Shown here one piece after another: positions 51,091 through 64,000 of a DNA stretch of 64,000 nucleotides; position 1 is the first letter of the stretch; the number at the start of each line of letters is the position of its first letter. Below the pieces are notes generated by a model, which saw nothing but the letters and a program-made list of their open reading frames with translations, was not told the DNA's origin and ran no database searches. The DNA comes from Octopus vulgaris. Lineage: Eukaryota. Made by a program: the position numbers and the translations under genes. Location: NCBI GenBank assembly GCA_951406725.2, contig OX597826.1:2046001-2110000 (forward strand), in the 5' to 3' direction.

Positions 51091-51570
51091 CATCATCATC
51101 ATCATTAGTAGTAGTAGTAGTAGTAGCTGTTTAGCTGTATTGTAGTAATAGTGGCATGTGTGGTCGTACTAGAGTCGTTCTTATTTCCTTAATGGTGTTA
51201 CAGCATTAAGAGGAGTAGGTGGCGCGACCTGGCAGGATTGTTACAACAGCGGGCAAAATGCTCTTCTTCCTCTTCGTTCTCGTTCTCCTCCTCCACCACC
51301 TCCTCCTCTTCCTCCTCCACCTTCACCTCCTCCTCCTCCTCCACCTCCTCCACCTCCTCCACTATCTCCATCACTATCTCTTCCTCCTCTTCCTCCTTCT
51401 CCACCTCCTCCACTATCTCCATCACTATCTCTTCCTCCCCTTCCTCCTCTATCTCCTCCTCTGATTCTCCTCCTCTCTTTCCTCCTTCTACCTCCCCACC
51501 CACTCTCCTTCCTCCTCCCCTTCCCCTTCTCCTCTACCTCCTTCTCTACCTCCTCTGATTCTCCTCCTCG
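49895..51570. repeat. Compound trinucleotide field: (GTA)n/(GTG)n, (CAC)n/(CAT)n, (GAT)n, (ATT)n, (CCT)n
   Basis: Directly visible. Confidence 0.92.
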
Positions 51571-52235
51571 CTTTCCGAAGTAGTAAAAGTGGCAGTAACG
51601 ATAGAGTAAACACTGGTTGTAGTCTGCTGTAGAGTGAGTAAATTGGCGATTTTAGTGGCAACGGTGATCGAGGTGGTGTAACTCTACAAGACGATCTGTT
51701 TTCTTGCAGAATCAGGAGGACAGAGCAGTGTCCATGGCATTCGCAGTCTCTCAGAGATTGGCGAGACTGGAGCCGTTAATGTTCTTTTCAAACAGCTGCC
51801 GTTCGACGTCTATCAGGAAATATAAACAGACAGAGTTCCGAGTGAAACCAGAACCATGTCTCCCAAAGTCTCCTTTTTGTAAGATGGCTGACAGTGTGTG
51901 ATTTAACGGAGATTTAGCTTCTGTTTCTAGTTGGTCGTGCGACGATCTGGATCAGTGGTTTTGAACCAGAGGATCCACATAAGATTTTGTTGTTAAAAAA
52001 TTATGTGCAATAGACTGATTGGACTTGTACAATGCACAAACTACTTAAACAGTTACGAAAGTAGTAACTAAACTGTAAAGTAATGTTTGCCGCCAGACCA
52101 ACATGGCTGTTCGGCGTTACTACCGTTTTTAATCCCAGGATGAACCTCCTCCAGCTGGTTATCAATGCAGTCTGCACCTAGTATATATTACAAGCAAGGG
52201 AGTAAACTCTTACTATCTTCTAGCAGACGACGAGA

Positions 52236-52284
52236 TCATCAGACCGAACAGTTTCGGGCTATTTGTGCCCATCGTCAGTGGTGA
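52236..52284 (-). ncRNA. Minimal type-I hammerhead ribozyme motif in a Penelope-like remnant
   Basis: Minus strand TCACCA-CTGACGA-T-GGGC(ACAAATA)GCCC-GAAAC-TGTTCG-GTC-TGATGA. Confidence 0.75.
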
Positions 52285-52689
52285 ACACCCGGCCGCTGGA
52301 TAATAGCAGAAATTCGCCCTAGCTCGCAATATATAGAAAACCAAGTGACAATCAGTCAGTGATTTCGCAACGATCAAAGTAGCTAGCTACAAAATCTCTG
52401 AGATGTGACATCTAATAGGTGTTTTTAGACATCGAATGGCAATGAGGGTCTACTTGCTGAGTAAAACAGAGATAATAGGTAAAAAGCGGTTGAGAACTAT
52501 GAAGAGGTTTCCATCGTTTCTTTTTCTCTCCTCACTGTTTTTACACGAAAGAAATATCTTGTCTTTTGCCCTAAACACCCATTTTGTGTTTCTAAAACAA
52601 CTTAATATAAAAAAGAAAAAAAGCAACTCCCACCTAAAAAATAACAAAAAAATGTTTTGCCTCTTCAATTTTTTTTATCGTATGCTTGT

Positions 52690-52882
52690 TTTAATCATTG
52701 GACTGCAGCCATGCTGTAATACCGTCTTGAAGAGTTTAGCTGAACAACTTGGCCTCAGTAGTTCTTTTTTAAAGTCTAATTCTTATTTGATTGGCCTCAT
52801 TTTGCAAAACCACTATGTTGCGGAAATGTAAACAAACCAGCATCCATTGTCAAGCGATAGTGGGGGACAAGCACAAATACAC

Positions 52883-52925
<43 letters not shown>

Positions 52926-53253
52926 AAATACACACACATATGACAGACTTGCACATAGTCTTCGTCTACCAAATTCACTCAGAAGTTTTTCATCAACTTG
53001 GAGGCATAGTAGAGGCACTAGAGTAGCTAGAATGTGTGCCGCTCGGGTGACTATTCCGTTTGCCGCCACTGCACCCAACAAAAGAAAAAAAACATATTGC
53101 CAGACCCAAAAGTGGTGTCCCTTTAAAAGTGCCGCCCGGGGCGGACTGCCCCTACCGCCCCTACCTAGCTATGCCTGGGAGTAAAGGACATTTGACCAAG
53201 GTGCCGTGTAGTGGGACTGAACTCAAAATCACGTGGTTGCAAAGCGAGCTTCT
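52690..53253 (-). mobile_element. Old SINE family A copy interrupted by a MITE
   Basis: Diverged A tail, internal (CA)n and CCAAGGTGCCGTGTAGTGGGACTGAAC head region. Confidence 0.75.
53016..53179. mobile_element. hAT-like MITE
   Basis: 15-bp imperfect TIRs CACTAGAGTAGCTAG and CTAGCTATGCCTGGG; 8-bp TSD AGTAGAGG / AGTAAAGG with one mismatch. Confidence 0.65.
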
Positions 53254-53685
53254 TATGTTGAAATGAAATTACGTTTAGACATATAAGAAGGTAGACAACG
53301 TTTGTATCGACTTGAGGGTGATTTGGTTGCTATTTGTTGCAGGTCTAGTGATGATATAGTGGCTCCCATCATTGTTTCATCTGCCAATCATTGTTATCCA
53401 AAATTCTGCAAAAATCCCCTGAAGTCTCTTGCTTCCACAGTCACATACTTCTAACTTTGAAAAATACAAAGAAACAAACAAAAAAACCCCCATTAAAGCG
53501 TCTCGTTTGTACACGCAACATCATCTTCATGTATGTAATACGATAGATAAGGTGTATGTTTTGCCTCGTCTCCCGGTCGTTGTTACTGGAAATTCTGCGA
53601 AGATAACGCAGAGCATATTTTTCGAGAAACGCCCATTTTTCCATTTTATCTCCTTTCAAGTTAAAAAAAAAATATTAAAAAAAAT

Positions 53686-54625
53686 ATATATATCATTTGT
53701 AAGACGATAGACAAGGTGTGGTTTGAGAGAAATTTGGCTAAGTTTTCTAACAGGTCGATTTCGAAAGAAAACTCGCGCTCTTCCATTTCTAAAAGAAAAT
53801 GCCACCTTTTTCGCAGATCCAATATTATATTTCATCATATAAAGGTGGTGAGCTGACAGAGTCATTAGCGAGTCGGACAAAAAAGATTAATGGTATTTCT
53901 TTCTGCTCCATACGACCAGACTTCAAAATCAGCCGAGGCCGACTCTGCCTTTCATCATTTTGAGGTCGATAAAGTGAAATATCAGTCAAGAATTCTTCTA
54001 CTCTGAAAAAAATTGCTGGCCTGGTAGCAAAATTTGAAAGAATCATATTTCATTACATGAAAGACGATAGAATGTGGTTCAAGGGAAAATTGACTGTTAT
54101 TTCTTCCATGTTGATCTCAAAAGAAAAGAATCTTTTCTTCCATTTCCAAAGGAAAATGTCTCTCTTCTTGTATAACTAACGCTATTATATTTCATCATAT
54201 GAAAGATAATTGATAGGATGTGATTTGAGGGATATTTGGCTTTTATTTCTATCAGGTTAACCTGAAAGAGAAGTCCATCTATTCTATTAAAAGAAAATGC
54301 CGCTCTTTTTTGTAGAACCAATACTATGATATTTCATCATATGAAAGATGATAGGATGTCGTTTGAGGGATATTTGGTTGTTATTTTTAGCAGGTTAACC
54401 TGAAAGGAAAGTCCATCTTTTCCATTAAAACAAAATGTCGCTCTCTTTTATAGAACCAATGCTTTAATATTTCATCACAAGAAGGATGATAGGATGTCGT
54501 TTGAGGGATATTTGGTTGTTATTTCTAGCAGGTTGATCTCAAAGGAAAAAAATAACCCTTCTCTTCTCTGTCTAAAAGAAAATGTCGCCTTTCTCGTAAG
54601 AACCAACATATTTCTATTCATCACA
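53686..54625 (+). repeat. Tandem repeat, ~140-bp unit, about five copies, interrupted by a family B SINE (~53841-54044)
   Basis: ATATTTCAT unit starts at 54045, 54187, 54329 and 54467; core TTTGAGGGATATTTGG.TGTTATTTCTAGCAGGTT; AAAGAAAATG.CGC. Confidence 0.85.
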
Positions 54626-55249
54626 TGATCGATATTACTGATAACACTGTTTCGGTATCATCTTCAGATTTACACGCCGTTTGTGCTTTCTTATTATTCG
54701 CCAATTCAACAAATATTTGCATGCGTAAACGGACAGAGACACAAACACACTAACTGATATACTGGTATACACACTCATACAATTCTATACGTACTAATAC
54801 ATACACACAGAGACAAACGAACACGCTCGTACATATACATACAAATACAGACATAGCCACACTTAGACATCACACGACGCGTATACATACAACCAAATCG
54901 GTCAGTAGCAAATACAAACACACACTTATATACACGTAGACGGCCTGAGGCAAAAAAGAATTTCGATTCAACATTAATACTCTCAGATTGTCGTCCTGTC
55001 TAAGAAGTATTCACAATAAGTATTAATATCCGTCTGTTCCTTTGTATATCTGCCATATTTTCATACTTTCTCTCTCATCTTTTCTCTCATATTTTTGTGT
55101 CCGTTAGTGTCTGTCTTCAAAGTTTTCACCTTATCGTCTGCCTATTTATCTGAAGGTTTAAGTGTTTGTCTATCTAACCAGTTTGAAAATATTATTTTAC
55201 GCTGGTTGCATTGATACACATTCACATAATAATGATGATGATGATGATC

Positions 55250-55412
<163 letters not shown>

Positions 55413-56076
55413 CAACAGCATTCAAACAATTTAAACATCTGTAGCAATTGTTACTGAATATACAGTTGTACATGTAGAATGTATTCTAATCTATCGAATT
55501 TATAGAACATCATCAACGTCATCAAAATCTTCCTCCTCCTCCTCCTCCTCCTCATCATCATCATCATCGCGATCGTCATCACCACCACCACCACCACCAA
55601 ATTGTCGTCGAGGTTGTCATCGCGGTGGTAGTGGTGGTGGTGGTGTTAATAATCCCCATCGCCGCTGTCGTTGTCATTAGCACCATCATTCTATCCCTCT
55701 CCTATCCCTATCCCTCTTCCACCACCTTGTCGCCGTCGTTGTCATCGTCCTATCTTTCCTCCTATTCCTCCAACATCTTCGTTCGTCATCATTGCGCCTG
55801 TGCTGCAGATTCTTCAGTGCATTTATGTCAGTTGTACTACAAATTCCAGAGCAGCGAGATCGAAACCTGCCAACGATAACGAAACAATTTACACAGCTGA
55901 ACCAATATGCAAGGATAAAACAGATAATCCCATCTTCGTTTCGGAAAGAAGGGATAAGCTATGGACGTGTTTCCTCTTGATCGCTGTGCCATAGTGTACC
56001 ATCTCATGTAAGGGCGTAATTTGTGACTAACCTGGACCACGCTTCTTGGATTGGTCTATTCGAAGGATGACTGCAG

Positions 56077-56388
56077 TGGAGGCACATGGCCTAGTGGTTA
56101 GAGCAGTGGACTCGCGGTCGAGGGATCGCGGGTTCGAATCTCAGACCGGGCGATGTGTATGTTTATGACTGAAACACCTAAGCTCCACGTATCTCCGACA
56201 GAAGATAATGGCGAACTTCTGCTGATTCTTTCGCCACAACTTTCTCTCACTCTTTCCTCCTGCATCTTGCAGCTCACCTGCGACGGACCGGCGTCCCGTC
56301 CAGGTGGGGAATCTATACGTCAAGAAACCGGGAAACCAGCCCTTATGAGCCAGGCATGGCTCGAGAAGGAACAAACAAAAACAACAAA
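56077..56388 (+). mobile_element. SINE family D, full length (tRNA-Arg-like head)
   Basis: A box TGGCCTAGTGG, B box GGTTCGAATCT and (AAAC)n tail. Confidence 0.92.
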
Positions 56389-56673
56389 TGATGAGTGGAC
56401 ACTAAACAGGATTAAGGAATAAAACTATCGAAAATGGATGAGAGCTAAGGCTACCGATATCATAGTGAGGAGCGGGGTGCCATCAGATTTACCAAACCCT
56501 ACGAGAAACTTGAATGGAAGGTACTGTTATACATTTTGTTATTCGCTAGCAGGTACAGTGTTGACTGGGACATTGAAGTTTTCGATTGCTGAACATTCAG
56601 TATGATGAACGTGATGCAGGCTCAAATTTCGAACTCATTCCAAAACTCTTCTTATCAAAAACTTATAAATATA

Positions 56674-56962
56674 TTGTTTGTTTGTTCCTTCTCGAGCCAC
56701 GCTTAGCTCATAACGGCCGGTTTCTTGGTTTCCTTGGCGTATAGGTTCCCCACCTGGACGGGACGCCGTTCCATCGCAGGTGAGCTGCAAGATGCAGGAG
56801 GAAAGAGTGAGAGAAGGTTGTGGCGACAGAGTCAGCAGAAGTTCGCCATTACTTTGTGCCGGAACCGCGAGGAGCTTAGGTGTTTCGCTCATAAACACAC
56901 ACCGCTCGGTCTGAGATTCGAACCCGCGATCCCTCGACCGCGAGTCCGCTGCTCTAACCAGC
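56674..56962 (-). mobile_element. SINE family D, inverted relative to 56077-56388
   Basis: Reverse complement is colinear with the upstream copy. Confidence 0.92.
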
Positions 56963-57218
56963 ACTGGTTGGGTGTCTAGACAGCTTTAAACTGAGAGGGA
57001 ATATATAAGTAAAACAATACAGAAGCTTCATCAGCTGAAATGGGAAAGCTTCGTCTCGACTCTACCCGACTATCTGTTTATTACTATGTGACCAAGGGAG
57101 TCCAGTCGTGCCCATTCTATTTAATACCCAGGCATTATACTTGTGTATTATATATTTATGTGTGTATATGTAGGTAGGTACGTATATGTATCCATATGTG
57201 TATACATATGTGTCTATC

Positions 57219-57267
<49 letters not shown>

Positions 57268-57278
57268 CCTATCTACCA

Positions 57279-57315
<37 letters not shown>

Positions 57316-57476
57316 ACTATCTATCTCATCTACCAATTCTAGCAAGCTAGCCAGCCAAAGGAACAAGGATTCAAAGAGTTAACAATTAATCACTTCATTC
57401 AGTATACATGTATGTATGTATGCTTGTTTGTTTGTACGTATATAATTATATATGTATGTATGTATATGTATATGTG

Positions 57477-57536
<60 letters not shown>

Positions 57537-57859
57537 TGTGTGTATATATATGTATATGTATATATTTATCAATATAGGGTAGCAAAAAAATTCAAGAAAA
57601 ATTCAAGAAAAATTTTCTGCAACCAGCGGTCAAGTGAGAAAAAATAGAAATAGTCACAGACTATATAATATATTCAAAAGTATTAAGGAATGACCCATAC
57701 AGGTCGTTCAACTCACTTGAAAAGGGCAGCCAAACTCAAACCGCAAAAATAGTAGTAATTCTGAAAGCTAAAGGAGAAATAAAAACATTTATCCCTTTCA
57801 ACTTTGTACCCTGCAAGGTTTCAACAATTTTTACGCATTTTTTTTTTTGTATATGTATA

Positions 57860-57921
<62 letters not shown>

Positions 57922-57928
<7 letters not shown>

Positions 57929-59111
57929 GTTCGGAAAATGTTGCCTGATTTAAAAAGTAAGCCTATATTCCTGAACAACTGAAGTTACACAGAAGTTTAA
58001 TTATTCAAAATATGATCCCTGAGTAGCTATGCACTTCTCCCATCGATTAACAACATCATTGATGCCTCTTGAATACAAGTTCAGAGGTTTTGATGCCAAG
58101 AAACCTTTGAATTCATTTTCGACGTCGATTTTGGAACGGAAGGTTTTTTTGCGTAAAAAAAGTGTTTAGTTGCCTGAAAAAGTGATAGTCGGTGGACGAA
58201 AGATCAGGAGTATATAGCGTCTGCAGTGCCATCCTGGAAATGTGCGATCGAGGACTGACGCGAAGCAGAATTGAACCTCATCGATCAACAAGTGCAAGTT
58301 TCATTTCGCGCAAGTGAACAAGCATTTCTTCCAGTTGCTTGCAGCAAACTTCCGATGTAATGCTGTGTTTAGGTTTCAGAACGCTGTAATGGCTGGCACC
58401 AATATCAAACCACCAGGCAGTCATGATAATCTTCTGCTGATGCAGCTTCGGTTTCAGGAAATTTTTGAGCGCTTCATCACGATCAAGCCATTGACCCGAT
58501 CGCTTACGATTGTTATAAAGGATCCACTTTGCGTCACAAGTCACTATTCAATCAAGAAATAAGTTATTAAGGTATGTCAGAACATGCCTCAAAACTCATT
58601 GAGGTAATGCGGGACCCATTTATCGAGATTTTTCCCGTTGCCGATTTTCTTTAGGCGATCTAATACTGTCGAAACACTAATACCAAACATATGACAATTT
58701 GTCATGGGTTTTGTTCGACTATTGTTTTCAAATGATGACCATCAAGGGTTCATGGACGTCCTTTCAACCCCACTACAGAATCTCCCAAACGACCGTCGTA
58801 CCATCAAATCACTAGTGGACCCTTCGCCCATATGCTCCGTTGATATTGGCAGCTGTTGGGAAGCATGATGTCCACACTTGAATTCATGTAAAAAAACAGT
58901 AAACGGATTTCTTCTTTTTTTGTTTGAAATTAAGGATTTTTATGCTTCAAAACTATATTCTGAGAGGAATTAATAAAAATTTGTCAAAGAGTTCACATCA
59001 ATTATCAGGCATGTAAAATTTCGTCTAAAACACTACAAAAATAACATCTTAAATCGAATTTGAAAAAATGTTCTCAAAAAATCGACCAGTATTTTCTGAA
59101 CAACCGAATGT
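57922..59111 (-). mobile_element. Decayed mariner transposon (Hsmar1/SETMAR-like transposase)
   Basis: ORF fragment TCDAKWILYNNRKRSGQWLD...KPKLHQQKIIMTAWW; YTPDLSSTDYHFF motif near 58172-58213; imperfect TIRs GTTGTTCGGAAAAT and ATTTTCTGAACAAC; many stops and frameshifts. Confidence 0.9.
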
Positions 59112-59614
59112 ATAAATGCAGCTCAGATAAAACAGGGGACAACTGACGAGGGGAATGCCCTTTATGTTGCTTGTCTCGCTTCTCTCTTTGCTTCTTTCGT
59201 TGTTCTATGTTTTTTTATGTTCTCGTTCCTCTTTTTGTTCACGCTTTTTTGATGTCCTGTACCCATATATGCATGTATATATACATATATATGTAGGTAT
59301 GTACATATATGTATGAATATATGCATATACTTATATTTATATTATTATATATATTTATATATAAAGTATATATAACCACTGAGGATAGCACTACTAATAA
59401 CAATAATATCAAAACCACTTCGTTGGGAACAGACTGGATAACTGGATGATGATAATTCGCGTAGATTACCATCATCCAGACCCTACAGATATTTATGCAT
59501 GTCCAAATGTTTATCCACTCATAAAAGAAATCACATTGTATGATAGCACCCGTTAGCCGGCACCCGCAGAAAAGCTTGGAAAGCACATTATTATGTATGT
59601 GCTTGTGTGTAGTG

Positions 59615-59676
<62 letters not shown>

Positions 59677-59924
59677 TAGGAATCTAGTTAAAAAGATCGT
59701 CGATGTTCAGTAGAATAGAACATAGATCGATAATATATGTACCGGAGCGCAATAAATAAGTGCTGGGGTTGATATGATCGAACATTGTTGCCTAGCATGG
59801 CCGCAGTCCAACGTCTGAAAGTAGAAAAACCAGTGCAAGTGCATGCATACGTACACCATACATACATACATATATGTATATATATGTATGCATACTATAT
59901 ACATATATATATATATGTAGACAT

Positions 59925-59960
<36 letters not shown>

Positions 59961-60732
59961 GCATATATACATACACACACATATATATATATTTGTATGT
60001 ATGTATATACACACACACACAGACACAGACACATACGTAATGTAATGGAAGAAGGAAGGGCTATCAGTTTCTCCTAGATTTATTTGCAAGCTTTTCTCCC
60101 AGACAGATGAAGTCAATGTGATTGATGTCCAGTCAGATCTTTTATAGGTCAATGGCCGTAGGTGTAGACTATCGGAAAATGATGCAATTCCGTTCATTAA
60201 GATTCCAGCGAACTGTTCAGTTTGCTTTATAGCCCCGAGACAACCATGATCAAGCAAATCTATGATCAAAGTCGTTCCACCCATGATCATCCAGTTGTTT
60301 TTGGTTGCTTTTTTGACGTTGTATGTTTAGAAGTACTAATTATATTGCGCGTTCGTTTCGTTTCCTCTGAATCAATAATATTTCCTTTGATCTTAATATA
60401 TAAATAAAATAAGCCGCTGCTTTAATCCTACATTGAAACCTAATCTGTGACGGCGTGTGGCCGCATGGTAAATGCGTTCTGTTTATGATCATATGTTGGT
60501 AGGTTCAATTCCTGCACCAGGCAGGGCGTCATGTCTTTCAGCATGACATTCCGTTACACGTTGCTCTTGTCTACACAGCAGCAATGTATACAATCTGTTA
60601 GTCCAACCATCTATTCTCCAAGCTGAGGCATCTTAGAAATAATTATTAGGTAGAGATTTCGAGGATATTTTGCTTTTATTTCTAGCAGGTTGATCTCAAA
60701 GGGAAACCCATCTTTTGCATCAAAAGAATATG

Positions 60733-60916
60733 TCAGACAAAGGGATGAAGTCGATTATTTCGACCCCGGTGCGTAACTGGTACTTAATTTATCGATCCCC
60801 AAAGGATGAAAGGCAAAGTCGACCTCGGCGGAATTTGAACTCAGAACGTAGCGACAAACGAATTACCGCTAAGCATTTCGCCCGGCGTGCTAACGTTTCT
60901 GCCAGTTCGCCGCCTT
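60733..60916 (-). mobile_element. SINE family B with a truncated long tail
   Basis: Clean head and core; the tail breaks off after CCCTTTGTCTG. Confidence 0.88.
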
Positions 60917-61202
60917 TCGATCTTCTTGTGGAAACAACGCTATAATATTTTATCTCATGGAAGACGATAGTCTGTGGTTTGAGGAATATTTGGCTGTTAT
61001 TTCTTGCAGAATGTGAGGATCAGAAGTTATCCGTGTCGGCCGCAACTTCATAAACATTCCAAACAGTTAGTGAAAACATTTTGCTATACTATGCTCACTC
61101 GGTGTAGGCAGATCTCTTTCTCCCCAGCATTCACATCTTTAATTTTTCCCTGTTTCAAGTGCGAGGAACCCAAGCGAGTGTCTTTATTTGCTCGCAATTA
61201 CA

Positions 61203-61425
61203 TACGAGGGAGTGAGGAAAAGTCGCTGGCTTTGGGTAAAAGAAAATACAGAAAGATCAATTAATTATGATTTTTATATAACATATTCTCCTCTCAGATT
61301 CACACAAGTATTGCAGCAGTCCTTCAGTTTTTCTAAGCCCTATAAAAGCACTCAGAAGCCTAGGTCTCCAACCGGGCCTTTCGTGATAACCTTAAAGCCA
61401 GCAACATTTCAGCATCTCTTGTAGA
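61203..61425. mobile_element. Mariner-type terminal fragment
   Basis: Begins TACGAGGG...GAAAAGT, resembling mariner TIRs; no partner TIR found. Confidence 0.45.
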
Positions 61426-62240
61426 CCAAAACTTTTACCAAGACATACAGTCCTGTAATTGATAACTGGTTGTACTGGCTGTACTGTAAATTGTAATCTA
61501 GGTGTCAGCAGGTCGTATTGCTGGGTTACATGGTTACTTGATTACCTGACAAATCAGGTGGATGGTTTGTGTCATCTAAATGGCGTTACGCGATGTCTGT
61601 AGTTAAGACGTTGGACTGGAGAGTGAACTCTCCGTTGCGTATACGAGTTATATAATCCTTCGGCGCGTGGACCGCCATCACCCCAAACTGGTGACATGAT
61701 CTAAATCTGCCCATATTTCTTTCAGAGCTCTTTCCTCCTGGGCGTGTGTTACTGCTTCTATACAACAAGTTTTAGCCGGCACACTGCGAAACATTTGGCT
61801 ACCATTTCAAACACGTGGACAGTCTATCAAAAGGCTACCGCATTGGCTTGCTACAAATATCACATATAGATACATCATCTTGACGGTAGATTTTATACAT
61901 CACCTCTGTAAAAAATATTAGCTGAGATTGTTTATAATCCTCTCTTGTGTCATATACTCTTTATTTTCTGTCACATATGAAAATAAATGGATCTGTTTTG
62001 AACATTGGACGGATAAGAATACAATAAATTTTATACATAGAAAAACTATGACCATTTTCAGGGTTACGAAACCGGGCGGAGAAAGTGGGGATTTATTTTT
62101 AGACCAATGTTGAAGCCTTTGGAGCCGCCCCAGTTTTAAGCTATTTCCCGGGGATTCTGAAATCGATTTCATATTAGTCCAACTTCCGAGCATAGTCTTC
62201 ACCTGGTTACATATATTCTTGCTCTACTACTACTACTACA

Positions 62241-62275
<35 letters not shown>

Positions 62276-62340
62276 AACTACTACTACTACCACCACTACC
62301 ACCACCATCACCACTACCACCACCACCACCACCGCCGCCG

Positions 62341-62395
<55 letters not shown>

Positions 62396-62719
62396 CTTCC
62401 GATAATGAGAACACGAGTTCAAGTGAAGTAGGTGGACATCTACACTGTTATACTTGAACTCACAAACGCAACGATGCAAAACCAAACGTTGAAAGACATT
62501 TTGTCCACCGTTTCACGATTCTGCCGTTCCGACTGACCATGTGGCTTTTTCCATAAGCAGAAGGCCAGATTCTTAGAGAGCAAGGAGTAGCTGGCCGAAT
62601 CAACGGAGGCACGTGACTTCAACAGGAGGTTGAAAGGCGAATGAGACTCGGGAGAAATTGGGACTCAGAACGTAAAGCGTCAGAAGGAACAAATGTCTAG
62701 CATTTTTCTGACTCACTTA

Positions 62720-62767
<48 letters not shown>

Positions 62768-62768
62768 T

Positions 62769-62857
<89 letters not shown>

Positions 62858-62953
62858 TTGATGATGATGATGATAATAATAATAATAATGATAATAAATA
62901 ATAATAATAATAATAATAGTGTCACTTCGATGGCATGCACTGATCTCTCACTC

Positions 62954-63012
<59 letters not shown>

Positions 63013-63030
63013 TAATAATAATAATAATAA

Positions 63031-63971
63031 CCTAGCCCAAAGTAAGGAATCCTTCATAGTGTCAGTTAGGAACGAGGGATGTAATGAAAGCAGAGAAAAA
63101 AGAAGAAAAAAACGATGGAAGAAGTACAAAAAGGATACGAAGAAGAATTACGCAACAAGGGAGAGCACAATCAATTCGATGTAGCCACAACAGAAGTTAC
63201 TGGAAAAAATAGGTGGGATTGGCTGAAGAACAGAACACTAAAAAAGGAGACCGAGAACCCTATACTGGCAACTCAAGACGAAGCTTTGGCCACGAACACG
63301 AGGGTCAACCTTTGGAATGAGCAAGTGTCTTCACTATGACGCATCTGTAATAGAGTGGGTGAAACTATTGCCCTTATCACAAAGAAATGCCCTAGATTTG
63401 CCCAAAACCACTCACTATAAGTTGTGGCGACATGATCAGGTAGAGAAAGTGTTACATTGGAAACTGTGCGAAAAGTGGAGGAGATAGTGGAGGAGTTGGA
63501 GATTAACAAAATCTTCTGGGATTTCCCAATCCAAACAGATCAGGTACGAGAGCATGACTGACCGGACCTAGTGGTGGTTGACAAGGTGCACCACGTATGC
63601 TATATAGTTGATGTTGCATGTCCCTTTGACGCACGAATAATCAAGAAGGATGGCGAAAAGATAGATAAATACAACCCCCTTATGTACGAAATAGCCCGGC
63701 TATGGAAAATGAAGAAGGTGAAGATAACACCAGTTATTGTTAGGTCTTTGGGAACAGTATCAGAAGGGATCAAGAGGAACATAAAAGAAATTGGAATAGA
63801 GTGCCCAATAGAACTGATGCAAAAGGTTTGCCTCCTTGGCACGGCCAGAATAATCAGGAAAACATTAAATAGCTGAAAAGAACGGATAGCATGGTATCAT
63901 AGGCGGCAGGTAGCAATCCCTCCACACATGCAAGACTCCGGGTGCTCTAACAAAACCTGTGATAAAAAAGA
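63031..63971 (+). mobile_element. 5'-truncated RLE-type non-LTR retrotransposon (R4/Dong-like) in (TAA)n
   Basis: WDWLKNRTLKKETE...ATQDEALATN, a decayed CCHC, PDLVVVDK...IVDVACPFD...EKIDKY (PD-D/ExK endonuclease) and QKVCLLGTARIIR; (TAA)n on both sides. Confidence 0.88.
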
Positions 63972-64000
63972 TAATAATAATAATAATAATAATAATAATA

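Noticed and set aside
47121-51558. Long poly-Thr/Ser/Val/Glu ORFs (e.g. 47121-47732, 50005-50919)
   Set aside because: Trinucleotide repeats open in several frames on both strands; no coding signature.
54636-54672. Hammerhead-like CTGAAGA...GAAAC on the minus strand
   Set aside because: Stem II is 1 bp and stem I is 2 bp, compatible with chance or advanced decay.

Overview
Eukaryotic, AT-rich, microsatellite-saturated intronic or intergenic DNA. The mix of (TA)n, (CA)n, (TATC)n and (AAT)n tracts with several tRNA-derived SINE families is typical of an Octopus (coleoid cephalopod) genome, but that species assignment is an inference. No host protein-coding gene can be supported, and nearly all ORFs in the track are microsatellite artefacts. 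The main feature is a full-length L1/Tx1-type LINE (38184-43630) with a CCHC ORF1 and an APE-RT-CCHC ORF2, each broken by one homopolymer frameshift. It sits with a perfect 16-bp TSD between the A and B boxes of a tRNA-derived SINE. Its 3' end (a 26-nt pyrimidine block, a small GCC/GGC hairpin and a terminal GAAATA) is shared with a long-tailed SINE subfamily. Every complete copy of that tail in the window ends inside another SINE at a few recurring positions, building nested or head-to-tail arrays. Together these suggest a SINE-targeting LINE/SINE partnership. The window also holds several minimal type-I hammerhead ribozyme motifs of the Penelope-associated kind, including a pair with an A3-U8 / G3-U8 variant core in an inverted repeat. 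Other elements are a decayed mariner, an R4/Dong-like LINE 3' end in (TAA)n, an RTE 3' end, MITEs, a 139-bp palindrome, inverted SINE pairs and a ~140-bp tandem repeat. SINE family letters A-D are my own working labels.
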